Virus record (IMG/VR): IMGVR_UViG_3300022861_000081
Strand: one strand, 5' to 3'
DNA from: an uncultured virus (IMG/VR IMGVR_UViG_3300022861_000081)
Taxonomy: Duplodnaviria > Heunggongvirae > Uroviricota > Caudoviricetes
DNA length: 64,000 bases
The notes under the pieces were generated by a model that was not told where the DNA came from, ran no database searches, and saw only the letters and a list, made by a program, of their open reading frames with translations. The first letter of the stretch is position 1. Every line of letters starts with the position of its first letter. Both the position numbers and the translations under genes were made by a program. This document shows, in pieces, positions 29,376 to 37,988 of the stretch.

Positions 29376-29927
29376 ATGAGCAAGCCTGAAGTATCCCGAC
29401 GCAACGAAGACGGAGACCGCATCGCCGTCATTCACTCATACGCGCCTGGAGACGGTAACCTGTCTTTTGTGGCCGCCGATGTCGAGCATCCTCACAGCGC
29501 CGTTTCTCCCAGTCCAACCCGCGAAGAGTGCGAGGCCGCGTGTCCCGATGGCTGGGAACTCTATCAGGAAGGGCCGTCCTGGCGCGCTCGCAGGTTCGCG
29601 ACTGCCTCGCCAATTACCGCACCGATTCTGCTCCCGCTTCCGGCGCTGAAGGAAAAAGACTTTTCCATTGAAGCCGACGCACAAGGCTACCGGATCATTT
29701 ACAAGGGTCACAACATCGGCGGAGCCGGTACTCTCGGCAAATTCAAAGGAGCGGGAAGACCACGCGCCGGTTTTCCAAACCGCGCAGTCGAACAGACGGC
29801 GGATTACCACCAACAGGCGCAATCTGAAATAAAGAGTCTCCTTGCCGGTCATGGACAGGCACGCTTTCAAACCATCATCGACGAAATCGACGCTGAACCA
29901 GTCCCGGACTTCAAGCAACCCTCATAG
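29376..29927 (+). CDS. Hypothetical protein
   Basis: 183 aa, AAGGAG RBS. Confidence 0.55.
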   Translation: MSKPEVSRRNEDGDRIAVIHSYAPGDGNLSFVAADVEHPHSAVSPSPTREECEAACPDGWELYQEGPSWRARRFATASPITAPILLPLPALKEKDFSIEADAQGYRIIYKGHNIGGAGTLGKFKGAGRPRAGFPNRAVEQTADYHQQAQSEIKSLLAGHGQARFQTIIDEIDAEPVPDFKQPS

Positions 29928-30006
29928 CACGTTTTGATAGGGGACACTTTTTCAACGACAGAAACGCATTTTAACGGGGGCTCAGCCCCAGAAAGGCTTT
30001 TGCCTT

Positions 30007-30588
30007 ATGCCTCTTTTGGCTACCGTTCCTACTCCTCCCACGCCGATCAGCGCACCGGAACCAGAACGCCACAGAGGCCGACCAGCCCTCACAGATGAAG
30101 AGCGCGAAGAGCGGCGACTTGCACGGAACAAAGCACGGCGCGAACAGCGCCAAGCCGCGCACGTTGCCGTAGAACCCCCGCCGCCTGCCGTGGAAGTCGA
30201 AGAACCCCAGCCCACTCCACCACCAGCGCCACCACACGTTTACTTTGCGCTGGGCCAACGTGCCCGCGCTTTGCTGGGCTTTGGTCTAGGGGCATTCGTG
30301 CCCCTGGCCAGCTACATGGAAATTCACTTTGAAGTGGGTCACCACCCGCAGCTCTGGTTTCTCGTGGCCGGGGCGCTTGCTTACTCCGCGATCAGCGTCT
30401 ACACCTGGGCCGTCGAGGCCTTTCATTACCAGCTCAAGGCACTCGGCTTTGTCGTGCTGCTTGAAGGCACCATGACGTTCTGCAGCATCCTCTGGCTGAG
30501 TTTGGCCGGGCTGGCAATTCTCATGATCCTGAACGCCATCACCGCCGCTGTTACGTTGCAGGCGCGCAGTCCGGATTCCGGACTCTAG
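30007..30588 (+). CDS. Membrane protein with Pro/Glu-rich N-terminus
   Basis: About four hydrophobic segments in the C-terminal half. Confidence 0.6.
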   Translation: MPLLATVPTPPTPISAPEPERHRGRPALTDEEREERRLARNKARREQRQAAHVAVEPPPPAVEVEEPQPTPPPAPPHVYFALGQRARALLGFGLGAFVPLASYMEIHFEVGHHPQLWFLVAGALAYSAISVYTWAVEAFHYQLKALGFVVLLEGTMTFCSILWLSLAGLAILMILNAITAAVTLQARSPDSGL

Positions 30589-30719
30589 CAAATCGCTCGG
30601 CGGTGCGAATACAAGTTGACGCATTGATACGACAGGCGCAAAGTATTGGATAGGCCCTATTTGATAGGGGACCAAGTTTTTTTGAATACTCCGGCAATTC
30701 AAAGAACCGAGGCGAAAGA

Positions 30720-30935
30720 ATGTATTTGTTTCCTGACATGCTCAATTTGACTGAAGTCAAGTGGCCCACAGATGCACATCGCGATGTGGCCGAAAAGGCA
30801 CTGCTTGGCAATCGCAACTACAGCCGTCTTTCTGATCTGACAGAGGCGACAAGGATTATCTCCCATATTCCTGCCGACAAGATCAAAACGGTAACCGCCG
30901 TGGACCTTATGCGTCTTGGCATCATGATCGATTAA
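30720..30935 (+). CDS. Hypothetical protein
   Basis: 71 aa, GAGG RBS. Confidence 0.5.
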   Translation: MYLFPDMLNLTEVKWPTDAHRDVAEKALLGNRNYSRLSDLTEATRIISHIPADKIKTVTAVDLMRLGIMID

Positions 30936-30950
30936 CGAAAGCGAGACTCA

Positions 30951-31556
30951 ATGAGCGTTGAAAAAGTCGAAAAGATTTTCAGCAAATGCGTTTGCGAACG
31001 GCCGGATTGCCCTGGCAAGGGCAAACCCTGGTACTTCAAGGGGGGAGAGCTTCCCGACCGTTGCCACTGGTGCAAGCGCATCAAGTGGTGGGGCATCGAT
31101 CTTTCTCTTGAAGAGCGTAACAAGGTGCGGCAACAGTACATCCAAGACGTTGTAAAAATCGTCAACAAATGCGTATGCGAGCACGACGATTGCCCGGGGC
31201 AGGGCAAGCCCTGGTACTCGAAGAATGAGGCGATTCCCGCTCGTTGCCACTGGTGCAATCGTACAAGCTGGAACGGCGTCGACCGCCGACTGCTCAGCCA
31301 GAAATCCATCTGGGTGCGTGTCCAACAGTGCACCGTATGCGGCGGCACGGAATGGGCCACGGATGAGGCAGGCGAATCGGTCTGCGTACACTGCACGAAA
31401 TCGGCTTCGCCGCGGCTCAAGCCAAAAGAGCGAAAGATTGTGCCTGCCGCTCATGCACCTGGCTGCACCTGCGCACTGTGCCGCAAGAAGCGCGCCAAGA
31501 AACCCGCTGCAGCCATTGCGCTGCCCAAACCCAAGAGAGTGAGGAACCCGGAATGA
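30951..31556 (+). CDS. Multi-Zn-ribbon protein with internal duplication
   Basis: Two copies of KCVCE..DCPGxGKPWY..PxRCHWC..W, plus CTVC and CVHC. Confidence 0.7.
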   Translation: MSVEKVEKIFSKCVCERPDCPGKGKPWYFKGGELPDRCHWCKRIKWWGIDLSLEERNKVRQQYIQDVVKIVNKCVCEHDDCPGQGKPWYSKNEAIPARCHWCNRTSWNGVDRRLLSQKSIWVRVQQCTVCGGTEWATDEAGESVCVHCTKSASPRLKPKERKIVPAAHAPGCTCALCRKKRAKKPAAAIALPKPKRVRNPE

Positions 31557-31768
31557 ACATGCAGATCATCTTGCGGCAACTCGACAGCGACGACTTTGGA
31601 AAGATGCTGAAAGTCTGCAAAAGCTCACGCGAACGGTTTTACCTGGAAGCCGCGCGCATTAATCCAAACTTTGAATACCACATCGATCTGCCCGGCCCCG
31701 ATGGCCCTACCAAACCCGTCGACATGCAAACGTGGCTTGCCGACAAAGAAAGGTTCCCCGACGACTGA
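31553..31768 (+). CDS. Hypothetical protein
   Basis: ATGA-coupled to the previous gene. Confidence 0.5.
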   Translation: MNMQIILRQLDSDDFGKMLKVCKSSRERFYLEAARINPNFEYHIDLPGPDGPTKPVDMQTWLADKERFPDD

Positions 31769-31796
31769 GCAAAATGATGGCACAATGGGAGGTCAA

Positions 31797-32504
31797 ATGA
31801 CGGAAAAAGTACACTTTCGCAAGGATCTGACAGGCAAAGTCTTTGGTCGGCTTACTGTAACGGGATACTCGCATCAAGCCGGAAAGTCATCGGTTTGGAA
31901 CTGCCTTTGCGTCTGCGGAAATACGACTCAAGTTCGCCAAAGCAATCTTACGAGGGGCGGCGTTGTTTCCTGTGGTTGCCGCAGAAAAGAAATTCAAAAT
32001 CACATCAAGTTCTATTCTCCAGAATCTGCTCTTACGCATGGCTGCGCTCGCACACGGTTAGGAAAAAGGACTGCTGTCTATACGATATGGTGTGGGATGA
32101 AACGGCGTTGTTCTTCACCAAAATGCAAATGCTTTTCGTACTACGGCGGACGTGGAATCAAAGTCTGCAAACGATGGGAAAAGTTTGAAAACTTCCTGGC
32201 GGATATGGGTAAGCCAAAACCGGGAATGACACTTGACCGCTTTCCGGATAAAGACGGCGATTATGAACCGACAAATTGCCGATGGGCTACATGGAAAGAG
32301 CAGGCAAACAATCAACGCCCCCGTTCATTTTTCATTGACAAGCCTGAACATGCTGACATTTTGCAGAAAATCTTATCGCTGCACTCTTTGGGCAAAACTA
32401 CCAGAGATATTGCAGACGTGCTGAATTCTATGAAAATTATGTCACCCCGTGGAAAATGCTGGTGGGGATCAGGCATTGATCGTATCTTGCGCAATCATCG
32501 ATAG
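31797..32504 (+). CDS. HNH-type endonuclease with C-terminal recombinase-like DNA-binding domain
   Basis: DLTGKVFGRLTV, WNCLCVCG, SCGC, YGGRGIKVC, TLDR..GDYEPTNCRWAT. Confidence 0.8.
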   Translation: MTEKVHFRKDLTGKVFGRLTVTGYSHQAGKSSVWNCLCVCGNTTQVRQSNLTRGGVVSCGCRRKEIQNHIKFYSPESALTHGCARTRLGKRTAVYTIWCGMKRRCSSPKCKCFSYYGGRGIKVCKRWEKFENFLADMGKPKPGMTLDRFPDKDGDYEPTNCRWATWKEQANNQRPRSFFIDKPEHADILQKILSLHSLGKTTRDIADVLNSMKIMSPRGKCWWGSGIDRILRNHR

Positions 32505-32511
32505 GAGAAAA

Positions 32512-33192
32512 ATGGAAGCTGTTTCATATATGCGGTGTTCTGGCGAAAGCCAAGTTCTCGGCGATACGTGGGAACGTCAGCGCGCAGTTATCGTTAAATA
32601 TGCCGCCGCCAATGAAATTGCAATTGTCGATGAATTCCGGGATGAAGGCGTAACAGGCAAGATGGAGTTGGAAGGACGTGCCGGTCTTTCAGCCTGCATA
32701 CAATTCATCCGTGAAAAGGGAATCAAGCTTGTTTTGGTTGAGTCCAGCGACAGATTGGCCCGCGACATGATCGTGGCAGAAGTTGTTGTACGCGAGTTTC
32801 AAAAGATTGGAGTTCGCGTCATTTCTGCGTCTGGCGGTATCGATCTAACCGAGGGAGACGATTCCAACCCCACGGCTAAACTAATTCGTCAGATTCTAGC
32901 GGCCGTCGCCGAGTTTGATCGCTGCGTAATCGTACTTAAGCTACGCGGTGCGCGCCAGCGCAAGAAGGCTAGAGGAGAACGTGGAGACGGCCGGCACGCC
33001 TTTGGAGAAAAACCTGGAGAAGCCATAGTCCTCGCACAGATTCGTGCGTTAAAGGCCCAAGGAGAGACGACCCGGGCCATTGCCGGCGCCTTGAACGCCA
33101 CCGCCATTCCCACGCGCATGGGGGGCACCTGGAAGGCCGGGACGGTGGCAAAGATCCTTGCTCGTGAGAAATTTCACAGCGCTTGCGCGTGA
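32512..33192 (+). CDS. Serine recombinase (resolvase family) with recombinase DNA-binding domain
   Basis: YMRCS (catalytic Ser), DEGVTG, SDRLARD, AVAEFDR. Confidence 0.9.
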   Translation: MEAVSYMRCSGESQVLGDTWERQRAVIVKYAAANEIAIVDEFRDEGVTGKMELEGRAGLSACIQFIREKGIKLVLVESSDRLARDMIVAEVVVREFQKIGVRVISASGGIDLTEGDDSNPTAKLIRQILAAVAEFDRCVIVLKLRGARQRKKARGERGDGRHAFGEKPGEAIVLAQIRALKAQGETTRAIAGALNATAIPTRMGGTWKAGTVAKILAREKFHSACA

Positions 33193-33255
33193 ATTACGCG
33201 TTTTCATCGGAATTAGGGTATTTGAAAGCAAAAAGGTAGTTGAGCTATATCAAGA

Positions 33256-34703
33256 GTTGCATCTATGCGATGCACTTCAACTGCATTGCTACCGATGAGG
33301 TAGCGCTGTCGCTACGGATTTCGCGTTGCACTTATCCAGTGCACTTCAACTGCATTACTACGCTGGTGGGTCCTTGTAAGTTGCATCTGTTCGATGCACT
33401 CAAACTACATTGCGACTCGATCAACTGCTCGACTTCGGGTAACGTGACCTCGTTGCATCTACGCGATGCACTCAAACTGCTTTGATGCTTGCTATCTTTT
33501 GGCACATTTCCATTTTTCCAGTAGTTGCATCTATGCGATGCACTGAGACTATTTTGCGACACGGAGTTGAATCAAGAAGCAATAAGCCTGTTGCATCTAT
33601 GCGATGCACTTTGACTGCTTTGCTATCCCACTAATAAGCCTTTGCAGGATCATTTTCCCAGTTGCATCTGCTCGATGCACTTTAACTACCTTGCGACCAT
33701 GTGAGAATGCTGGTGGCTCTCTCTTGACGAAGTTGCATCTGCTCGATGCACTCAAACTACATTGCGACACGGCTACGGAAGCCGTCTTGCTGCTGCTATG
33801 AATGTTGCATCTGTTCGATGCACTTTAACTACCTTGCGACGACTGTTTATGCTTTTGAACTCACACACTACGACCGTTGCATCTGTTCGATGCACTGAAA
33901 CTACATTGCGACAGCAGAAAAAATCGAGAAATGATTCCGATACCATGTTGCATCTGCTCGATGCACTGAAACTACCTTGCGACGAAACCTGGAAAACCTG
34001 TCCACCGGGACCGTAATAGTTGCATCTGCTCGATGCACTAAAACTATCTTGCGACGTTCGACTTCAGCCAAGAGAGACATGACCGCGAGTGTTGCATCTG
34101 TTCGATGCACTTAAACTATCTTGCGACCCTATAATTTGTCCAGACACTAGCGTCCACAACCGTTGCATCTGTTCGATGCACTGAAACTGCCTTGCGACGC
34201 ATGTACTCCCAAAGCGTGTACTCTTGATGCAAGTTGCATCTGTTCGATGCACTGAAACTACATTGCGGCTTGGTGAGCCCTTGGAAAGTGTTAGCAGGTC
34301 ATCAAGGTTGCATCTGTTCAATGCACTGAAACTATCTTGCGGCATGATCGAGCAGTTGAGCAATACAAGGTGCGATACGCGTTGCATCTGTTCGATGCAC
34401 TTTAACTACCTTGCGACACGAAATTGCGGGACTCTTTTACCAGGTGATGGATGTTGCATCTGTTCGATGCACTGAAACTACATTGCGACCTAAACATCAC
34501 CATGCAGGACAAGCTCGACCTCCAGTTGCATCTGTTCGATGCACTGAAACTACATTGTGACTCGCCACCTTCGGAAGAAACAAGAAGACCAGAAGTTGCA
34601 TCTGTTCGATGCACTGAAACTACATTGCGGCGGCCAGCGCCTCCGTGTTGTTGGGGTCCGAGAGCAGTTGCATCTGTTCGATGCACTGAAACTACATTGC
34701 GGC
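33256..34703 (-). CRISPR. CRISPR array 2: 21 repeats, 20 spacers
   Basis: 37-nt repeat, plus-strand consensus GTTGCATCTGTTCGATGCACTGAAACTACATTGCGAC; spacers mostly 32-37 nt, one of 18 nt; repeats most uniform at the right end. Confidence 0.97.
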
Positions 34704-34885
34704 TGCGCTCATTATAACGCTTTGCGATTGAAGAAGATCAAGGACGTTTTTCGCGAACCTCGCAAATCTGCGCTCTTCTAGTTGGGATGCTCGATACAAT
34801 GCCCTCATTATCTCCTTCAAAATCATTTTCTTACGCCTTGCGCGAACCTCCCGCCTTTTTCCGGCCGCTTAGGGTTCGCGGAAAA
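34704..34885 (-). promoter_or_regulatory. CRISPR leader/promoter of array 2
   Basis: Minus-strand TATAAT at 34711-34716; CGCGAACCTC at 34752 and 34841 with inverted GGTTCGCG at 34873. Confidence 0.7.
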
Positions 34886-34890
34886 CCAGC

Positions 34891-35436
34891 TCAAATCGTC
34901 GGTTGATACGTGCCGGCCATCAATTGCTTGGCGATCACGTCGTTTTGGTTGGGCCATGCCGCACGGCGCGCCAACCCTTCTCGCTGCGCTTCCCGCACCG
35001 CATCCGCTTTGATCCATCGATCATAACTCTGGTACTGGATCAGCCGCATCCATTCCAGCACCAGCGTGCTGATCGCTTGATTCACAGCCGCCAGCGTGCC
35101 CGGTCCAAAAAGGCCATCCACCTCCACAGTGTGGCCCGCATGGATCAGCGCGGCCTGCAAATGCTCAATACCGGTCTCTGTGCCCTGGTTTACCCCATCG
35201 TCAAGCAGCTTGGTGGCCACGTCCTGGTTCACGATCTGGCTGTAGAGCGGATTCCAAAAATACTTCAGATAAAGCGCGGTCGCTTCCTCGGCCGTCTTTG
35301 GCTGGGCAATCTTAAGAAGCTTGCACGTGGCCGCTGACCATCCGAACTTGGTCTTGCCGCCAGGGTCACCCTTCAGGGTTCCCACGCCCCCCTCATGCGC
35401 CAGCACCACCTTGATCGCCACATTGAAATCAGCCAT
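34891..35436 (-). CDS. Endolysin, glycoside hydrolase family 108 with peptidoglycan-binding region
   Basis: VLAHEGG..DPGGKTKFG, YLKYFW, DDGVNQG, VDGLFGPGTLAA. Confidence 0.85.
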   Translation of the reverse strand: MADFNVAIKVVLAHEGGVGTLKGDPGGKTKFGWSAATCKLLKIAQPKTAEEATALYLKYFWNPLYSQIVNQDVATKLLDDGVNQGTETGIEHLQAALIHAGHTVEVDGLFGPGTLAAVNQAISTLVLEWMRLIQYQSYDRWIKADAVREAQREGLARRAAWPNQNDVIAKQLMAGTYQPTI

Positions 35437-35968
35437 GCACCAGCTCTCCCTGCCCCAGCAAAAAGCTTTCGTACGCCCGCAAGACGTGCGCCTTGCCCAC
35501 AGGCTGGCAGCGGTCGATGAAGAATACGCCGTCAAGATGATCGATTTCATGTTGCACAATCCGTGCGGCCGCGCCCCGATAAATGGTGAGATTTTCAGCG
35601 TCAGGCTCTTCGAGGGTGCCATTGCGCACATGCACAATCTCGCTACGCCATATTCTGGCCTTGGCCCGCTCGGTCGGCGGCAAACTCAGGCAGCTTTCCG
35701 TCGCCAGAAAATCCTTTCCTGCCCAGTTCACAATCTCTGGATTGATCAACACCTGAATTTCGTTCGACGGGGGCAACTTCACCACCGCCAGTTGCAGAAA
35801 GACGCCTACCTGCGGGGCAGACAGTCCGGTGCCGTCGTGTTGTTGCATCAGGCGCAACATCTGGCGGATCAACACGCGCACATTGTCCGACTTTTGTACG
35901 CGTCGACAGGCCCTGCCTGCGAGTTCTCTGTGGTAAAAATTCAGCGACAACTTTCCCAAGCGCGGCAT
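35429..35968 (-). CDS. def: Peptide deformylase
   Basis: All three motifs present: GLSAPQVG, ESCLS (canonical EGCLS), QHEIDHLDG. Confidence 0.9.
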   Translation of the reverse strand: MPRLGKLSLNFYHRELAGRACRRVQKSDNVRVLIRQMLRLMQQHDGTGLSAPQVGVFLQLAVVKLPPSNEIQVLINPEIVNWAGKDFLATESCLSLPPTERAKARIWRSEIVHVRNGTLEEPDAENLTIYRGAAARIVQHEIDHLDGVFFIDRCQPVGKAHVLRAYESFLLGQGELVHG

Positions 35969-35971
35969 AGG

Positions 35972-36250
35972 CTATCCCTTGCTTCCTTGGTCCCATCCAT
36001 ATTTTTCGATGTATTCGCGATCACACTCAACGGAGCCGCACTGCAAAAGCTCTTTCTCTGAAGCAGCCACCGCGTAAAGGCAATCCAGCAAGATAGGAAA
36101 CGCCTCTGGAGTGTTTTTCAGCTTTCGTTGCGCATTCTTCAGGTCTGTGGTGACAGTGCGTTCAGACACACCCATCCGCTCCGCAATCACGCGGACAGGC
36201 ATTACTCCATTTGCAAATTCTTCATAGGTTTTTCTTCCGCGCTTGCCCAT
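35972..36250 (-). CDS. HTH DNA-binding protein (sigma region 4/LuxR-like)
   Basis: VRVIAERMGVSERTVTTDLKNAQRKL. Confidence 0.7.
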   Translation of the reverse strand: MGKRGRKTYEEFANGVMPVRVIAERMGVSERTVTTDLKNAQRKLKNTPEAFPILLDCLYAVAASEKELLQCGSVECDREYIEKYGWDQGSKG

Positions 36251-36402
36251 GCCGCTCGCTCCTCGGTGCACGATGCGCAGTGTATGCGCAGTGCTGGAGC
36301 GGATTATAAACAGGCATGTTTGTAAAACTCTTCGAGGTCGAAGAAAGGCGAGAAAGGTTCTATTTGGATCGAAAAAAAGGAAGCGTTGGCAGAGTAGCCG
36401 CG

Positions 36403-36431
36403 TTGACATCTGTAAACTATAGCGATACAGT
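36403..36431 (+). promoter_or_regulatory. Sigma70-type promoter of higBA
   Basis: TTGACA-17 nt-TACAGT with an overlapping CTGTA..TACAG inverted repeat. Confidence 0.7.
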
Positions 36432-36437
36432 TCCTAT

Positions 36438-36716
36438 ATGATTAAGTCGTTCCGGCATGCCGGGCTGGAAAAGTTTTTCAAGACCGGCAGCAAGGCCGGG
36501 ATTCAGCCACATCATGCTGCAAAGTTGGAAGAGCAGCTATCTCTTCTCAACCGCGCAAGGAGTCCCGACGATTTGGCAAAGCCTGTGTCGTGGGGATTGC
36601 ATCAGTTGCATGGCAAAGAGAAACACTGGTCAATACGGGTAAACGGAAACTGGCGGTTGACCTTTACCTTCGATGGCGAGGATGTAATTCTCTTGGACTA
36701 TAAGGATTACCACTAA
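36438..36716 (+). CDS. higB: HigB (RelE/ParE-like) toxin
   Basis: MIKSFRHAGLEKFF..WSIRVNGNWRLTF..DYH. Confidence 0.92.
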   Translation: MIKSFRHAGLEKFFKTGSKAGIQPHHAAKLEEQLSLLNRARSPDDLAKPVSWGLHQLHGKEKHWSIRVNGNWRLTFTFDGEDVILLDYKDYH

Positions 36717-36725
36717 GGGGAGAAA

Positions 36726-37010
36726 ATGCCTACTGAAATGTACAACCCGGCTCATCCTGGCCGTGTGCTGCGCGACTACTTGGAAGGTGTGAATATCACG
36801 CATTTTGCAAAGCACATCGGCGTATCCCGCGTGACGCTTTCCAAGGTGCTCAACTGTCGTGGGGGCATCACGGCGGAAATGTCCATCCGGCTTTCTGCTG
36901 CGCTAGGGACGCACCCGAGCCTGTGGTTTGAGATGCAAACCGACTACGATTTTGCTCAAGCGAGGAAAAAGAAAATCCCAAAGATTCCTCTCTTCAGCAA
37001 GGCCGCGTAG
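36726..37010 (+). CDS. higA: HigA antitoxin
   Basis: NPAHPGRVL..FAKHIGVSRVTLS..ITAEMSIRL..WFEMQTDYD. Confidence 0.92.
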   Translation: MPTEMYNPAHPGRVLRDYLEGVNITHFAKHIGVSRVTLSKVLNCRGGITAEMSIRLSAALGTHPSLWFEMQTDYDFAQARKKKIPKIPLFSKAA

Positions 37011-37028
37011 GCATACGCGGCCGGGGAT

Positions 37029-37448
37029 TTAGTTCATTTTAGAAAGGTCGTCAGGCTCCTGAAATGCGACCTTCACCTTGCATACGACGTGTTGCGGTTC
37101 AACCGCCGCATCTGCCATATTCATGCCTTTTGAGTTCACAGAACGAAACAAAAAACCCAACAGTTTCTTGTTGTTACTTGTCAGTGTCGCTATGCAGTCT
37201 TTCTGCAGCTTGACAACACGAAACCACGCAAGATTTCTAAAGGTAAGGCAAACGCATAAAGCCGATGCTACTAGCGCAAGTGGCCAGAGCATCGGCTTTT
37301 TGTGCAAATAGTCAGAGTAAATACATGCTCCCACCGACACGAGCCACACGCTAACAGTCAAGTCGTAGACGGCAAAAAGCACCGACCGCCAAAGGAATGG
37401 CAGACATTCCCAAGCGGCTTCCGTCCGATTTCTGATCTCTTTGATCAT
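37029..37448 (-). CDS. Two-TM membrane protein
   Basis: Two hydrophobic segments; holin candidate by proximity to the endolysin only. Confidence 0.45.
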   Translation of the reverse strand: MIKEIRNRTEAAWECLPFLWRSVLFAVYDLTVSVWLVSVGACIYSDYLHKKPMLWPLALVASALCVCLTFRNLAWFRVVKLQKDCIATLTSNNKKLLGFLFRSVNSKGMNMADAAVEPQHVVCKVKVAFQEPDDLSKMN

Positions 37449-37487
37449 GGGTCTTCTCTTTCTGTGGTCCGGAATCTGGACTGCGGT

Positions 37488-37733
37488 TCAGCGGGCTTTT
37501 TCTACCTTCACCCAAGGATACCCGACCGGCGTGCAAACAAGTTCGGGGTCGTGGCGCAGACTGTTAAAGATCCCCGCACGCGTATCGCTGGCTGTGGCCT
37601 CAAACACGGAATACCGTCCAATCTCCAGCACGCGGGCTTTGACGCTCTCGTAGGTCAGGTTCTTCTTCATGTCCATGGTCGATTCAAAGTGGTCGACACA
37701 AGCTTTGTTCATATCCAAACCTCTACAATGCAA
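37488..37733 (-). CDS. Hypothetical protein
   Basis: GRYSVFEAT..GYPWVKV; start probably at 37712. Confidence 0.45.
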   Translation of the reverse strand: MHCRGLDMNKACVDHFESTMDMKKNLTYESVKARVLEIGRYSVFEATASDTRAGIFNSLRHDPELVCTPVGYPWVKVEKAR

Positions 37734-37957
37734 GGGTCGTCATTCTCGTAGCGTTCCAAGCAAAAGAGTCCAGGCGGAACGTGCTTCCGAATCTCGGGGA
37801 GCGTATCGGCCAAAGCCACATCGTCGGTCGGGAAAAAGTCGCCGGCCGTAATGCCCCAGCGCCGCATCACAAAGTGGTCAGGATAATCGCGCGGATGGTC
37901 ATAGATCACCCACTGGGAAATTTCAGAGTGCGGCTTGGCTGTCGAATCGTTTTCCAT
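37709..37957 (-). CDS. Hypothetical phage protein
   Basis: WVIYDHPRDYPDHFVMRRW..DDPCIVEVWI; GAGGA RBS. Confidence 0.65.
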   Translation of the reverse strand: MENDSTAKPHSEISQWVIYDHPRDYPDHFVMRRWGITAGDFFPTDDVALADTLPEIRKHVPPGLFCLERYENDDPCIVEVWI

Positions 37958-37988
37958 TGTTCCTCTAGATTTACGGCTTCTTGTATCT

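Noticed and set aside
33417..34380. 12-nt complementarity between two array 2 spacers (TCAACTGCTCGA / TCGAGCAGTTGA)
   Set aside because: Short and does not extend, so it is not evidence of a shared target.
33240..34781. ORFs within the CRISPR arrays (also 17303-17759, 38142-39011, 61710-62977)
   Set aside because: They are translations of repeats (recurring LHLFDAL, VASVRCT), not genes.
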